Shown in pieces: positions 40,797 through 56,005 of a DNA stretch of 64,000 bases (the first letter of the stretch is position 1; each line of letters begins with the position of its first letter). A model generated the notes under the pieces. It was not told the DNA's origin, ran no database searches, and worked only from the letters and a program-made list of their open reading frames with translations. Source of the stretch: Octopus vulgaris (taxonomy: Eukaryota); the NCBI GenBank assembly GCA_951406725.2, contig OX597831.1, positions 47,926,001 to 47,990,000 on the forward strand, in the 5' to 3' direction. The position numbers were made by a program, and so were the translations under genes.

Positions 40797-41339
40797 TTGG
40801 GTTGTCCGGAAAGTTCGTGCCGTTTTATTGTAGCTTACATTTTGACTTATTTTAGAATATGGTTGAGTCCATAAAATAGGATTTGACTACACCTCCATTT
40901 AGAGCACAGTTTAAGCTATCTTTTCGTGGAAGAAGCTTTATGTTCCTATATGTTCCTTTATGTTCTGTAACCCTTTAAATTGAAAATAAGAAAGTTCATT
41001 TTCGGCACTTGATGCTTTGGGAACCAGACAAAAATTGCTGCAGCTCGGCTGGGATGTATTACCCAACCCTCCATATTCACCAGATATTGCTCCTTCGGAT
41101 TTCCCCTTATTCAGGTCTCTGCAGAATAGTCTTAATGGTAAAAATTTCAATTCCTTGGATGACGTAAAAAGATACCTTGATGAATTCTTTGTCATGAAAC
41201 CACTTCAGTTCCGGGAAGAGGGTATTTTTAAGTTAAAGGAAAGATGGAGATGCATTATGCAAAAAAATGTAATGGCAAGTATTTATTGACCTTTTTCTTT
41301 CCTTTAAAAATCGGCACACAAACTTTCCGGACAACCCAA
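40797..41339 (+). mobile_element. Internally deleted mariner transposon
   Basis: TIRs TTGGGTTGTCCGGAAAGTT.GTGCCG / CGGCAC..AACTTTCCGGACAACCCAA; left TA; N-terminal ENKKVHFRHLML joined to C-terminal PPYSPDIAPSDFPLFRSL...GIFKLKERW. Confidence 0.92.
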
Positions 41340-42064
41340 TTTTTGTATTTACCACTTATTGTTGGTTTGCGACTAAAAAGTGTCATGAAAAATGTAAGAT
41401 GAAGGTAGTAATGGAAATATAAAAGCCGTCGATGGGTATTGATTTGGTTTGTTAGTTATTGTTCTTTAGTTTGTTTTGGCTATCATGGTCCAGACCAAAC
41501 TGGAACCCGGCCTTTATATGAAACACTTTGTTTATACACTTTTCAAGACTCTTTGTATCCTTTGTCATAACTGAAATGGAGGAAATAACTTAGTTTTTCT
41601 TTTTTTTTTTTCACTGGCTTCAGATATTGGACACTGGTCATTCTGAGACACTGCTTTCAAGAATTTTAGTTGATCATACCAACCTCATACTTATCTTTTC
41701 ACTCTTTTCATTATTTATCAGATAATAAAGTTACTTTTTGATAAAATAGTATGACTTGAAGCTATTGTACAAGACATCAGCACTGACTCTTGCTCATGGT
41801 GCCATGCTGTGCAAACAAATCCATAACCATTTAGTGGTTATGGATTTGATTGCTGCCATTATTGTTGATGATGATGAGGGTTGTCGGGGTGGTGTTGGTA
41901 AATTAAATGATTAATGGTGGATCCATGATCAGTAATTGGGAACCATCCGTAGTTGAATCTTAGCTACACCCAATGGCTGAATGATATATGTGTGTTATTA
42001 GTATAGCAGATAATCTCCTGATTATCTCTCTATCTATTTATCTATTTATCTGTCTATTTGTTTG

Positions 42065-42096
<32 letters not shown>

Positions 42097-42097
42097 A

Positions 42098-42328
42098 TTT
42101 CTTTACTGCCCACAAGGGGTTACACACAGAGAGGACAAAAAAAGGACAGACAAGCGGATTAAGTCGACTATATCAACCCCAGTACGTAACTAGTACTTAT
42201 TTAATTGACCCCGAAAGGACGAAAGGTAAAGTCGACCTCAGCGGAATTTGAACTCAGAACATAACGGCAGACAAAATACCGCTAAGCATTTTGCCCGGCA
42301 TGCTAACGTTTCTCCCAGCTCGCTGCCT
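42098..42328 (-). mobile_element. SINE family D inside (TCTA)n
   Basis: Reverse complement of 33885-34113. Confidence 0.88.
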
Positions 42329-44802
42329 TCTATCTATCTATCTAGCTAGACAGATAGATAGATAGATAAATAGATAGATAGATAGATAGGTAGGTAGGTA
42401 GGCAGGCAGGCAGACACACAGACAGACAGACAGATAGATAAATTGATATTCACCAGCCATGCATCTTTCTGGTAAACTCAGTATTCATACAGCCACACTT
42501 GCACCCATATATATATGCCAATGTATACATATGTCTATATATCATATACACATACTCAAGTCTGACTTCAACTTGACTTATTACAAAACTGAACTCAGTA
42601 CTTGAGAGTAACATGAAATTGAATTAAATGAATCCTTTGCCTTAAGTGTGAGTGAGGGTGTGTGTATGTATGTGTGTGTGTGTGTATCGGTGTTAATTTT
42701 TACTTGAGTTTTCTATTTTTAATTCATTCTAAGAAATGTTTTCCTTTTCATAATCCTTTTGTTGTTGTTGTTGTTGTTGATGATTAACTATTGGAATTTA
42801 TGTAAAATAAGTCCACCACGAGATACTATTGGTGGGAATTTTAAGCCATTCACATAACCTGCTAACCATCTACAGGGAATCAACATGCTCTTCATTAATT
42901 ATAAAAAGCAATTACCATAATTGGGATTTTAGAGGCAAAATATATGTGCCCTGACTAGCATTTTTGTGAAATTTAAACCACAAATTTTAAAATTCTTAGA
43001 ATATTCGCAAAAGTTTTTTAAATATTAAAGAAAAATGATAAATTTATCTTATTTTGAGAGTCATGGGAAAAAAAATTAATAAAATTAAGAGAATGAAAAT
43101 TTAATAAAATTTTGAATTAAAGAAAAATTTAAATTATGCTTTTTTATTTAACCCAGCTTGATAAGCTGACTTTCAGATGATAAAATAAACTAATTCTATA
43201 AAATATATAAAAATAAAATTCATAAATAAATTAATTATTTAAGTATTATAACTTTTTTAAAACAAAATTCGAAGGTTAGACTGTTGGAAGCATTTCAAAT
43301 CAACATTTCTCCATTATTTAAATTATATAAAATGATGATGGACCACATTCATTTCAAGTTATAGATTTGAAAGAGACAGCACCTAATTATTATTGAAGAG
43401 TATCCCAGTGCTATGAAGTCGTAAAAAAGGAGATCTGGTTAACACTTATTTTGACAGAGATGGAAGAGACTGTTTTATAGCAGTCGATTTAGCTGTAAAA
43501 AGCTCTCTTTAAGAAAATCTGATGCCTGGTGGTTGATAATTTCAAGCACCGAAAAATAAGCAACAAATTTTGAACTGCAAAATATGGAAATATGTAATAT
43601 CTTATATGTCAATGTGACTAATTCTTATCTTATATGATCACTGTTCTGTGAGATTTCACGTGATTTTTGGCCAATAGAAAGTTAAAGTATAAACAGTGTT
43701 TGATTAGTATTCAGTCTTTGGACTGTTACTGACATGTATTGGTTACAGTTGCTCCTGTGCTTTTGAGTATATTGGACAGTAAGTTGACACCACTAGTTCC
43801 TGTTAGCTGCAGTTCTCTTTGCATTTGCTCACGTGATAATTTTCAGCCTTCCACTCTATTTTTTTCTCTCAAGTGGTGTCCATTTGAAAGTTGTTTTAGA
43901 ATGGCATTGTTATGGTAAATGAAGTATGTGCTAGTTTTAATTTGTTCTGTAATGATTTCACTAAAGTGATTTTGTGTTAGCTCTCTTTAGATTGTCTTTA
44001 TTGGTTATTTGGTCTTGCCAGTATGTTCTCAGAATCATTCTCTAGGTAAATGCTTAGAGATAAACTTTTTATAACATGGTATTGTTTGGAGATTTATTTA
44101 TTTTGTCAAAGTCTATTACGTGTCACCTAAAACCCTGTATAGTGCCAATGCTGACAGATGTCATAGGTTTGCTATCATTGGCTTCTGAGAAATGTCAAGT
44201 ATTGTCTGAAATTTTAACATGATTTGAATAATTTGGATTAAATCATTTGTTAGTCTAAAAACATTTTTTGTCTCTTCAATTACTGATCTTTAAATATTCC
44301 TACATTCATGTTGATTACCATATTTTCCAGCATACAAGGTGAACTTTTCAGACCAAAATATACAACCAGAAAAAAGTAAGTCGACTTATTCTCTAAGACG
44401 ACTTTGGAAGACAAAAACATCCATATAAAATGCAGCAGGATTTGGAAAGATAGTAACAAGGTTTAAATCAGGGATGTGCCACCTGGGTAGGCAAGGTAGG
44501 CAGTGCCTATTCTGAAGGAAATAGATCGATAGTAACATTTTCCTTTTATGGCAAAATATGCACCTGATTCAATAAAATTATGAAGATTACTCTGATTCTT
44601 ATGCATAAAATGCAAAATGCTTCATATTTTTGTAGATTAGGTAGGCTTAATTCGCCCCTGCCTTTCGGTCTCAGTATTAAAACTATGCATAGATTCTTAC
44701 AACAGCGTTTTCTTAACATGCTGAAAAGACAGAAGTAAATCTGCCTTCAACTCAGCCGCACGCCTGCGTTTCACTATTTTTTTTTTTGTTTTACTATATA
44801 TG

Positions 44803-45115
44803 AAAGCACATGGCTCAGTGGTTAGAGCGTCGCGCTTATGATCGCGAGGTTGTGAGCTCAAATCCCAGACCGGGCTGTGTGTTGTGTTCTTGAGCAAGAC
44901 ACTTTATTTCACATTGCTCCAGTTTGCTCAGCTGTAGAATGGGTTGCGTCGTCACAGGTGCCAAGCTGTATTGGCCCTTGCCTTTTGGAGAGGGGAGGCC
45001 AGTATGCATGGGTGACTGCTGGTCTTCCATAAACAACCTTGCCCGAACTTGTGCCTGGGAGAGTAACTTTCTAGGTGCAATCCCATGGTCAATGTTGTGA
45101 CCGAAGGGGATCTCA
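44803..45115 (+). mobile_element. SINE family E, near full length
   Basis: TGGCTCAGTGGTTAGAGCG...CTTGAGCAAGACACTTTATTTCAC. Confidence 0.85.
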
Positions 45116-45589
45116 GACTCAGACTCTATAGATGTCACCAACTGCCTACTCTGAATAATTACTCATGGCACGTGTCCTAGTCTAAATGTTTACACTACAT
45201 ATTTGCACTATATACTACATCAACTCATATTCTAGAAAATATTGCATCTACTCACCTTGTCATTGTCTCCCTATTATGACTAACTGTTCCGCTTGGTGAC
45301 TTCATTACTTCATCTTATTAAATACTTTTCACTCTTACTCTCCACATTCATTTATTCACTACAGTAAGTTAAGCATTCAAACAAGCATTTAATTGAAAAC
45401 CCAACAAAATGTTTTGGATGAAAAATTACATTTATTCTTTTCCTCATGGCAAAATAATTTATTCTACCGTGAAACAAAAAAAAAAAAAAAACTTTTGTAT
45501 TCATTGTCTTCAGACACAGACCATCACTACTTCCCTACAATTTTACTGTCTCACCTTAAAAGTTTCATAAATCTTTCTTATCATGAAGT

Positions 45590-46420
45590 AACCAAGATAA
45601 CAGACATCATGAAAAATAAAACAACTTTCAATGAAACAAGAAGCCAAGTTTTCCAATCTGGTGGGGGAGACAGAAATAATAAAGTTGCAGATACAGCAGA
45701 CCTCCATAACTACAATAGATCAACTTAAATTACAAATACTTTGACAAGTTGAAAGCAGAATATCTAAGCACGAAATCATTGAAAGGGAAATGTTGGTTCA
45801 TGAAAGTATCTTTGAAAACATTGAAGATTCTTTCTTTTCTCATGTATTTTTACACAAATTACAAAGCTGTCCTATAAGAAATAGAGAAAAATTACTTTAT
45901 TTGCAGTTTGTCTAGGAATTATTGATGTATTTGGCCAATTCTCTATAAATAGACAGAAAGTATCATGAATCATAGCATGAGAAAACACTGCCTGGGAGAT
46001 ATTCCCAGGTACACTTAAAACATAATGTAGCTACTAAAAGTTATCAATGGTCATGGAATTGAATTTCGGTTTAAAACATTGTTGTGAGATCCATTTAAAT
46101 TTTGGTTAATTCTATCATTGTTGTTTTTACCTTCCAGTATCATCAAATGAACAAAAATCCCTTGGTGGTTTCCATGACAAGCACAGTGAACTCTTTCACT
46201 GCCAAATGGTTGGTGAGATCCCACTTCAAAAGAAGTTAATCTCAGCTGCTCTTTGGACCTCTCATTTTATCGTGATATCAGTTCTAGAATTTCATACGTT
46301 TTGCTTAGAAAAAAAATCACATTTCCTTCTAATTGTGTTGGAGCATAGTCTACCATGCAATTTCTGTTAAGAAAACATGCAAACTTTCAGAACTGATGTT
46401 ACAAATGAATGATTAAATTT
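45590..46420 (-). mobile_element. Possible ancient hAT transposase remnant
   Basis: Weak fragments (DYAP, RVHCACH) resembling hAT DGAP and CxxH motifs. Confidence 0.35.
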
Positions 46421-46579
46421 ATTTCAATTTATTTCCTTTTTGTAGTTTAATATGACTAAATTGTCTTTTTAAGCAACTGAAGACTGTAGCATATTTTGAT
46501 AAAAATGTAAATAGTTTCTCTCTTTTATTCATGATAAAATTTCTCAAAGCATATTCTTTTTCTTGTTTTTCAATATATA

Positions 46580-46805
46580 TGTGTGTGTATGCGTGTGTGT
46601 GTGTCTGTGTTTATCCCTCACCATTGCTTTACAACCTATGTTGGTGTGTTTACATCCCTGTAACTTAGCAGTTCAGCAAAAGAAACTGATAGAATAAGTA
46701 CTAGGCTTACAAAGAATAAGTCCTGGGGTCATTTTGTTCAACTAAAGGCAATGCTCCGGCATGGCCGCAGTCAAATGACTGAAACAAATAAAAGAATAAA
46801 AGAAT
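46580..46805 (+). mobile_element. SINE family A, 3' half
   Basis: GATAGAATAAGTACTAGGCTTACAAAGAATAAGTCCTGGGG. Confidence 0.85.
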
Positions 46806-47113
46806 ATATATATATATATGCATACACTGGCTCAGGAAGAAGATTTGCTTAGGGGTTGTAAACCCAGATCCCAAATATTTTTTACAAACAAGGTTTTATT
46901 GCTTTTGTTATTTCTTTTTGTTTTTTGTTCTTCGAAAAGAAACCTAACTTCAAGCTACTTTTTACTGATCACTTTTTACTCACTGTTTTCTAAACCCAAG
47001 AAAAGTAAGTAGAGGTACAAATTTTCATTTTGAAGCGCCACCCAAAATTTTAGGATGGGTGCTTACACCCCTGCACTCTCTGTTCCCAGTTCCCATGTAT
47101 GTGTTTGTATATA

Positions 47114-47147
<34 letters not shown>

Positions 47148-50100
47148 ATTTTTTTCTTATTGAGATAAAAAAACCAAGGCTGTGTAGATTTTAGAACATT
47201 CATAAATCTATTTATAAATGTTCTGAAATCTACATAGCTTTGGCTTTTTATCTCATTAAAATTTTTTTTTATATGACCTAAGTTGGACCCTTTATTCGCA
47301 TAATCACTGAATCTGGAACTTAGCAATGATCTATCCATTGTTATACATATATAAATTCTGTAAATAATAGCATTTTGTATAAGCTTTAAGTTAATACAAA
47401 AAAATTATTATTATTTACAGAATTGTAAAAGTTGGCACCACTTATCAAATCATTGCAGAATGTGTGTGTGTGTGTTTGTTAATTGTTCAAAGCTGATTGT
47501 GATATTTACTTCTTAAAAAGGGATATAACTCAAAGATTGACAGTGACAGAAGTTGTGTAGACATCAGTAAAATGTGTACAAATCTGAATGTCAAGCTTGA
47601 TGTAATTGCCTAAAACCCTTGAAGGTGGTGTCTGAGCATGTCTTTAGTCCAGATCCGGGACTAATACAAAAAGGAAATGCATAATTCAGGTTAAATTTGA
47701 TGACACAGAAAGAAGTATTCTGTGCCATTATCTATATGAAGAGATTGGATTCTTTGCCAAAATAAGATAATATTTCTGTCATATTACAAATAAGTAATAA
47801 TAAAACATTGCAAACAATATTTTATTCTACTAAAATGAATCAAAATTTTTGAATTCATCTTCAGAAAATGCTGCTTGGAATTATATCAACATCAGTATTT
47901 TTAAAATAATGCTTGTACTTTTTTGCTTGCTTATCCAATTTTGCCTTTGGACTGATGTATTAATTTGAACCAAAACTGTTAACTAAAATCTTAAATGAGG
48001 GATTTATCATAATTGCTTCTGATTATAGGCACAAGGCCAGAAATTTAGGTGGTGGTGGGTGTGGGAGTAGAAAAAAGAGTGTAGTTTATGTCATTGAACC
48101 CAATACTTGACTGGTATTTTATTTCATTGCCTCCAACCCACCCACCAAAAGAACAAAAATGAAGTTGACTTTGGTGGGATTTGAGCTCAGAATATAATGT
48201 GCTGAAAGAAATAACACAAGATATGTTTTTTCAACACTGTGTCAGGATCCATCATGACATCGACATCATAATGATTGTTAGTTCACGTTGATTTTTTAAA
48301 AATAAATATATGGATAATAGTCATGATCTATCACCTCGCTTAACCAAACATCTTGTCCTTGAATTTAGCTGCTTCTACACTACAGCAACTATACAGGCTA
48401 GACTTCTAGTAAAGAAAAAAAGAGAAGTGAAAACCAAAAGTGCATCAATAATAGACAGAATAAAACACAGAAAAGCCCTCCAGATAAGCAGTAAAATTCC
48501 ACAATGAGGAAAGTGTGCAGAAATACCTCAGAAATAATATTGATGAATTTCAGGAAACATAGAAGTTTTGAAAGATGAAGTGTCTTGGCATTTAACAAAT
48601 GACAGATGGTTGAGAACTATTTTTCATTGCTATATGACATCTAAGACACATACAAAATGAAGTTTTTCTTGCATCAAATGGAAAGGCCATGCGAGATGTA
48701 CATTTAACAGTAAAATGTTTGGAGGAGGAAAATGTGTTTTAACCTTTATAAGAGCACTAGGCAGGTTTATTGCTCCACTTTCCTATGCAGATATGGCCTC
48801 AAAGAATTGATATGGTATCTACTATAAAGAAAAGCTACTTCTACTTAATGTTAGCTGACAGGCATATGTAGGAAATTAATTATAACCTCTAATGATTAGA
48901 AACCATTCAGGAGTGATGGCTTACTGATGATATTCTCAAGAGTTCAAGCCTTGCGAAGTAGCCCCTGGGCAAGAAATGTAAGTTTGTTCATTTACTGAGC
49001 AACATTGCTGAAATTTCTCCTTTTACTTCATGGTCAAGTGGTTTCTTAAAGGAAAATCAATCAATCATAAATATAAATTTCTCCAATAACTGTCATTTTG
49101 CCAAATTTTGTGCAGTCTACTTTATCAAAGTGTAGCAAATCATCATCATCATCATCATCATCATTTTATGTTGGGTTTGACGGATATTTGACAGAACAGG
49201 ACAGCATCTCACCATTTACCATGATTCTTCGTCATCTCATTCATGAGGTACAGATCTCTGAGAGCAGCTTTCACCACCTTACCCCTAACTTTACTTCCTC
49301 TTCTGCAATCTCCTTCCACTTGGATTGTTTGGCACATCTTCCTGCAATACACACCACATGTTCATAACAGCTCTGTTTTCTCTCTTACACACTATATCTG
49401 ATTCTCCTTATATCCAGTTCTTACTCACCTCAGCTCTGCTCCATCATTCATCTACACTAATTTACATTACACCACCAGTGAAACAGGGTCACCTCTTTCC
49501 TTTCCAGCCTTTGAACATCCTTTACATGTAAAGTCCATGTTTAGCTACAATGCAGTGTAACTGACAGAATGAATGAAATCACACCCCAATGGGTAATACA
49601 TGTGGATAATGTGAAGATATTTTACAATTGATTTTGTCTACAATGTTGTAGTAGTACTATAACTTTGGGAAACTTTATCTTTTAGTCTTTCTATACATAG
49701 TTACCATATTAATTTATGTATAACTGAGATTGCTTTCCAGATTTTTAGATCTAAAAACTGTTTGCACATTATACAAAATAACCAAGCATTACCCATTTTC
49801 CTATTCTTAAGTGCTTGTCCAAGCTAAATGATGCATAATGAAGGGCTGAAATCACTTCTAACAGAACCCATGGAAGTCTCATGGCCCTTTTTGTGATACA
49901 GTATCAGACATTAACATCTCCCCACTTGATAATAATATCCTGTCATTTCCTTCATGATTGTTGGCTAATTGCTTGAAAATCTTGTTTATTTTCTCAAGCA
50001 TGTTTTCTTCTTCTAACCTGTTTTCATATCTGGTCCATTCGTAACATTCTTGCTAATCATCATCGTTCATATTTTGCCTTCATTCTTGATTGATAATTCT

Positions 50101-51378
50101 CATTCTTTTCCTTTTAACTCTTTGCTCTTCATCCTGTGACACTTTCTAGCTCTATTTTTTTTCATTAATTTAATTACTTGCCTCCTGAGTTAACAGCGCT
50201 TCTTGTCATTCTTGATCCTCCCTAATAAGAATTATGAATACAGAATTCCTAATTCTTATTTCTTCACTTTGCCCTTTTCCAAATCTTACCCTCTATCCTC
50301 TCTACTTCTCTTGATTCGATTCTTGCTATCTTGCTCTTTGTTCATTGTCTACTGTAATATTCCAAACACCATTTTGGTAATAAAATAATCTAAGAAGCAT
50401 TTAATATTATATTAAGTACTTTTTAAATGAATAAGTATGATATACCATTACGCAACTTCTAAGAATATAGTCAGTAACACAGTTATTAATATACAGATAG
50501 TTAGAAATACTTCATATCTAGGACATAACGTCACACACATTTTATGAGTAAGTTAACAACATGGTTATTAATATATAGATAATAGAATAGACAGATAGAT
50601 GTTCCACTTTCATGACAATGATTTACTTTAAGATGCATGAATTAAATCATCAGGTAAATAGTGTGTGAGAGAGAGAGAGAAGGAGAGAGAGGAAGTCAAG
50701 CAAACACTACTGGCATGTTCACATATACACACTCACACACATGAATGCTAATGGCATGTGCACATACATTTATCCTCCATTCTATCATACAGACTTGCAC
50801 ACTGCAGCTAATTGTCATCAGTGTGTGTATGTACGTGTGTATGTGTGCACATCAATAGCATTTGTATGTTTGACAGAGCGTGTGTGTGTGTGTGTGTGTT
50901 CACATGTTTGTGGTGTTCATTTGAATCTCTCTCTCTACAACACACATAAGTTTACCATCTCCTTTCCATTACAGGTTTTTTTACACGACAGGAATCTACT
51001 GTTAACACTTTAATATAATAAATAGAATATATTTCATAAGTTCCTAAAACAATATCATACATGTGAACCCATAAAGTCATATTGTTCAAGGTTATTTACT
51101 ATTTTACAAATACATCACAATGATTCTGAAGTAAAATGCAAAACTTAAATGGAAACAGTAAAATTATGTATAATTAGTTTCTGCTCGTATATAGCTGTAC
51201 ACCTTCGTTTGCACATTTAGGCCTGATATGACAAAATATTCCTTTTAAAATTTTATATGTGCTTCAAAAAGCCCCAATATTTGTTGATAACATAAAAGTG
51301 TTCTAACCATGGCCATCCAGTCAATATATTACTTAATATATATGCAATATCATTTAACATGTTAAAATCGTTGAATAA

Positions 51379-51645
51379 ATGAGTGTGTATGTGAGTGTAT
51401 ATGAGTATGTGTGTGTGCATGTATGTGTGTCTTTGTGTGTGTGCACATGTGTGTGTACTTGCATGTGTGAGCATGTATGTTTGTGTGCATGTGTTTGTGC
51501 ATGTGTGTGTATGTGTTTGTGCATGAGTGTGTGTGTGCAAGTGTGTGTATGTGCATGTGTGAATGTGTGTGTGTCTGTGTGTGCGTGCATGCATGTGTGT
51601 AAGTGTGTGTATGCAGGCACGTGCATGCATATGTGTCTGTATGTA
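51379..51645. repeat. Degenerate (TG)n microsatellite
   Basis: Direct reading. Confidence 0.9.
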
Positions 51646-52164
51646 TAATCACACATGCCAACAGTTTATATAAAAAAAAACTTTCTGTGATTTTATTAAG
51701 CAGTTCTAACATGACATCAAGCAATACATATTAGATAATTAGAAAAATTTTACCGCCTTCATTTCTCCACATCAACATTTAAAACACTTACCAAAGTTAT
51801 TAAGCTAGCATTTTGGAAAATATATTTCTTGTTGAATAAAAAGAAAAGACATTCATTGCAAAAATTTGGACAAAAATATGATTATATATTTTAAAATTTA
51901 TGAGAGATATATTCATGAATGAAGATGAATAGTTGTTTTATGACAAGAGTTAAACAAAATTAAAACAGCCAGATATATGTATATCTATCTATCTATCTTA
52001 CATATACATATATATACATACATATATATATATATATATATATGTTAGAAGATGCTATAACAAGGAATCTCTGATGTTCAAAACTTTAGAAATTCAAAGA
52101 CAATTAGAAAAAGACATTTGAAGTAAATTTGAAGCAATTATTTGCTCTATGGAAAGGTTGTCTA

Positions 52165-53050
52165 TGGGGCAAGCCGGCTGTAGTTCAGGCTTCCACTGCT
52201 AGAAGTCACTTGATGCAACCAGTCTTCTGATCAGCGACGTCAAGTGGAGTCATACTGCTTTGTGGTGTGTCTTTGCTTTGCAATGCTTCTCCCCTGTTTG
52301 TCAATTTTTGCAATGGGTGAAATGAAGGAACAGCATGCTTCCATGAAATTCTGTTTTCTGTTGGGGAAAACGGTGGCTGAAACAGTTGCCATGCTTCAAA
52401 CAGCCTAAAAGAGTACTGCCATGAGCAAAGTACAAGTTTGCAAGTGGTTTTCACGCTTTAGGAATGATCACATTCAAGTGATTTTTTACACCTTAGAAAG
52501 ACCAACCTCATTCAGGATGACCATCAACATCCCAAACAAAAAACAAAAAAATTCATGAACTGATCTTGGAGGAACTTTGCCAAGCAATTGACAAACTTGT
52601 TGATATGACTGGTGTATCCTGGAGCTCCTGCCAACAAATTTCGAGTGAGGAATTGTGAATGAAAAAAGTTGCAGCAACATTTGTGCTTCGCTTGCTCATG
52701 AAAGATCAAAAGCAGTCATGGCTGAATGTGCATCATGAACTGAAAGAACAGTTGCAAGTTTATTTTGCTACCTGTAACTCTTTTTCTGTTACCCCCAAAT
52801 GAAAAAGGTCCTTAAAGGAGAACGTTTTGCAGATGTGGAAGAGAACAAGAGAAAACAATGGAAGCATTAAAAAGCTTCACTTCACAAGAGTTCAAGAGTT
52901 CCAGGACTGCTTCAAACTATGGAAAACGCATCTGGAATGAAGCATTGCTTCAAATGGAGAATACTTTGAAGGTGATAAAAGTATAAACATGTAAAACTAA
53001 GTGAGTGAAATAATATTGCAAAATTCTAGTTTCTTTTGGGTACCCCCTCG
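52165..53050 (+). mobile_element. Decayed mariner transposon; left boundary uncertain
   Basis: KFCFLLGKTVAETVAMLQTA...MSKVQVCKWFSRFR; GRPTS-like; LKGERFADVE; ASNGEYFEG; right TIR GGGTACCCCCTCG followed by TA. Confidence 0.8.
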
Positions 53051-54801
53051 TAAATCAGGAAAATCAAGTTATTATTTTTGCTTTACATTCCCCCCCTTAT
53101 TACTGCTTTCATTTTTAACTGTGTTGTTCTCCTCAGAAATAATTCTAAAAGAGTGTATCATACAAGAGGTATATTTCTGTAGTATGTTATCACTCAAAAT
53201 TTGTCATACACATTATAAATGAGTGATTCATCATCATTTAATCATCACTGTTTCTTTTTTAACATCCATCTCTCCATGTTTGCATGGTTCATATGGAGTT
53301 TACTGAGGCAGGTTTCCTATGGCTTGATGCCTTCGTGTGGCAAACTCGTTTGTCTCCTCTGTGTGTAGCCCCTTGTGGGCAATAAAGAAATAAGAAACTG
53401 TGTGGAAGCCCATAAATGCGTGCGTGTGTGTGTGTGTGTTTGTGTCATTATGTTTGTCCCTCACACTACTTGAAAACCAGGACCGGATTGTTTATGTTTC
53501 TGTAATTTAGTGGTTTGGGGAAAAGACCAACAGATTAGGTAACAGACTTGAAAAAAGAAGACCCAGAAAGCTCTAGTATCAGTTCAATTAAATCCTTCAA
53601 AGCAGTGCCCCAGTATCACCACAGTCTGGCTGAAACAAGTAAAAGATAAAAGATGCAATTTTTCTTTTGTGTATGTATATCTGGGATTAAATTGTGTTGT
53701 GGAAGCACTGGCTTAGTGGTTAGGATGTTGGACCCATAATCATAAGATTGTGGTTTCAATTCCTGGATTGGACAACGCATTGTGTTCTTGAGCAAGATAC
53801 TTCACTTCATATTGCTCCAATCCTCTCAACTGGCAAAAATGAGTAACCCTGTGACAGATCAGGTGGGGTATATATATATATGTCATGGAAACTGGGAAAC
53901 TAACCCTTATGAGTCAGTATGATTCGAGAAGTTAACTTTATTAAATTGTGTAATATGTCCTTCACATTTGAAGATAGTAGAACAGAGTTTGATAGAGAGT
54001 TAGCCATTATTTCTTTCAGATTGAGCTACTATGTAGAGGGGGACTTTCGAATCTCAAATTGGATTGAGTAATCTTCATTTGCTATTTTGTTGTTGTTGTT
54101 GTTGTTATAGTTTGTATTGTTGTTTAGCCTCATCTGAGTCCTGATTGTATTGACCTATAATCAAAGCTATTCCTTCCATGGCTATCCTGTTTTGTTTTCA
54201 ACCAAGATCTAACTAGCTTTACATTATCCAATACGTCCTTCCTATTTTAAGACAATACAGAATTGCTTGAAGGTGATTTGGTTGCTATTTCTTACATGCT
54301 GTGTAACCACATAGAGGCTTGCTCATTAGTTTGAATTGACTTCCAGATTTACTACTGTAGTTGTTTAACCCCAGGCCGGCCCCTAGTGCACTGGTCTTTG
54401 GTTTCAACATGGCCATGCTGTTTTGTATTCAGGTTTTAACATATCTAGGATTACATTTTCCAATATACCCTTCTTTTGTTAAGAAAATAGTGAAATTTTG
54501 TTGCTATGTCTGGCAGGTTGAATGACCTTATAAGAGAACACTGTCAATGGCTCAAGTTGTCATTGTTTCAAATTGATTTCAAGAAACAAACACAGACACC
54601 GTTTATATACCAATTATTTGGAAAGAAAATGTCTGTCTTTATGTGTGCATGTAAGAGTTTATAGGTAGTTAAAACAAAACAAAAACAAAGGCTTTTAGCT
54701 GGAAACTTTTATATTAAATCTAATTATTAAAGAAAAAAATATAATTTTTAACATTGGCAACAGGTTATTAAGAAAGAAAAATGTAGGCAACTTTGAAAGT
54801 T

Positions 54802-54832
<31 letters not shown>

Positions 54833-55339
54833 TTTTTTGATGACTATAATTTATATTAATTAAATTTTCTTTACTGATATTGAAAATTCAGTTTTTGTCA
54901 CGCCTCTTTGCCTGTCTCTCTTTTTATATCATTAGTTTTATATGTATATACATTCTTATTACCGATTTATTCTCATTTCTGTCATGAAAGTGTTTATACT
55001 CAAAATATGTGTTACAAGGATGTAGACATGACTGTCTGTCTGGTTTAGAAATTTGCAATGCGTACTTATTGTTCTGGGTTTCAGTCCCATTTTACAGCAC
55101 CTTGGATAAGTGCCGTGTACATTATATAGTCTCAGGTCAAGCAACGATGTTTGCATCTTTTGCCAATCATCATCATCATCACCACCACAACCCCCACACC
55201 ACCACTACCACCAAAACCACCTACCACCACAACCCTACTACCAAAACTACCACCCCATCACCAAAACCACCACCACCACCATCATCATCTTTGTCATCTT
55301 CATCATCATCCGCATTGCTGAAATGTAAGATTTTTTTTA

Positions 55340-55458
55340 CCCTGATGACTGAGGCTCGTCTTATCCGATGTTAATTGCATCCATACAGCTGTATATTGTG
55401 ATGAGCTATATCAACCAACATTATTACGGACCTCTGAGTCCCCTGAAACAGCTGTTGG
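55340..55458 (+). ncRNA. Degenerate hammerhead ribozyme in a PLE-like end (about 55330-55595)
   Basis: CC-CTGATGA-long stem II (GACT/AGTC, GAGG/CCTC, CGT/ACG)-GAAAC-AGCT-GTT-GG; weak stem I, stem II base apparently deleted. Confidence 0.5.
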
Positions 55459-55651
55459 ACTTATAACACCTTTAATTTTCTCTGTCTTTTGTACTCTGTG
55501 TAAGTTGGACCGCTTAATACAAATATCTCTATATTCATACTTCAAAAATTCATCATCTGAAAGTCTCCACCTTTTGCTTTCTCTCATTTTGCATGTGTAT
55601 ATATATATATATATGTATGTATCAAAAGAAAAACAGGACACAAAGGATTTT

Positions 55652-55738
55652 GCGGTACATATGTTTCAGGCTTTATTGAACAACTTATATCAATGCATAA
55701 TTGATATAACAGGTAGATCAAAAGCCTTCTTCAGCCAC
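55652..55738 (-). ncRNA. Type-I hammerhead ribozyme, intact core
   Basis: GTGG-CTGAAGA-AGGCTTT...AAAGCCT-GAAAC-ATAT-GTA-CCGC. Confidence 0.82.
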
Positions 55739-55816
55739 ATACAATTACCACACCCAACATTACTTTTTCTCAAACCTGTTATAATGTGATACATGTCTTT
55801 GGTGTTATAATTGTAC

Positions 55817-55903
55817 GTGGCTGAAGAAGGCTTTTGAACTACCTGTTATGTCAATTATGCATTGATATAAGTTGTTCAATAAAGCCCGAAACATGTGTAC
55901 CGC
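55817..55903 (+). ncRNA. Type-I hammerhead ribozyme, intact core
   Basis: GTGG-CTGAAGA-AGGCTTT...AAAGCCC-GAAAC-ATGT-GTA-CCGC; predicted cut after A55899. Confidence 0.82.
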
Positions 55904-56005
55904 AAAATCCTTTGTGTCCTGTTTTTCTTTTGATACATATATCCTATCACTTATACCACTAGCTGGCATATACAGCTGCTTACAGTTATCAAGTATTCAC
56001 CCTGA

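Noticed and set aside
41816-41848. Small hairpin CAAATCCATAACCA/TGGTTATGGATTTG
   Set aside because: Local inverted duplication at the end of a decayed SINE; nothing supports function
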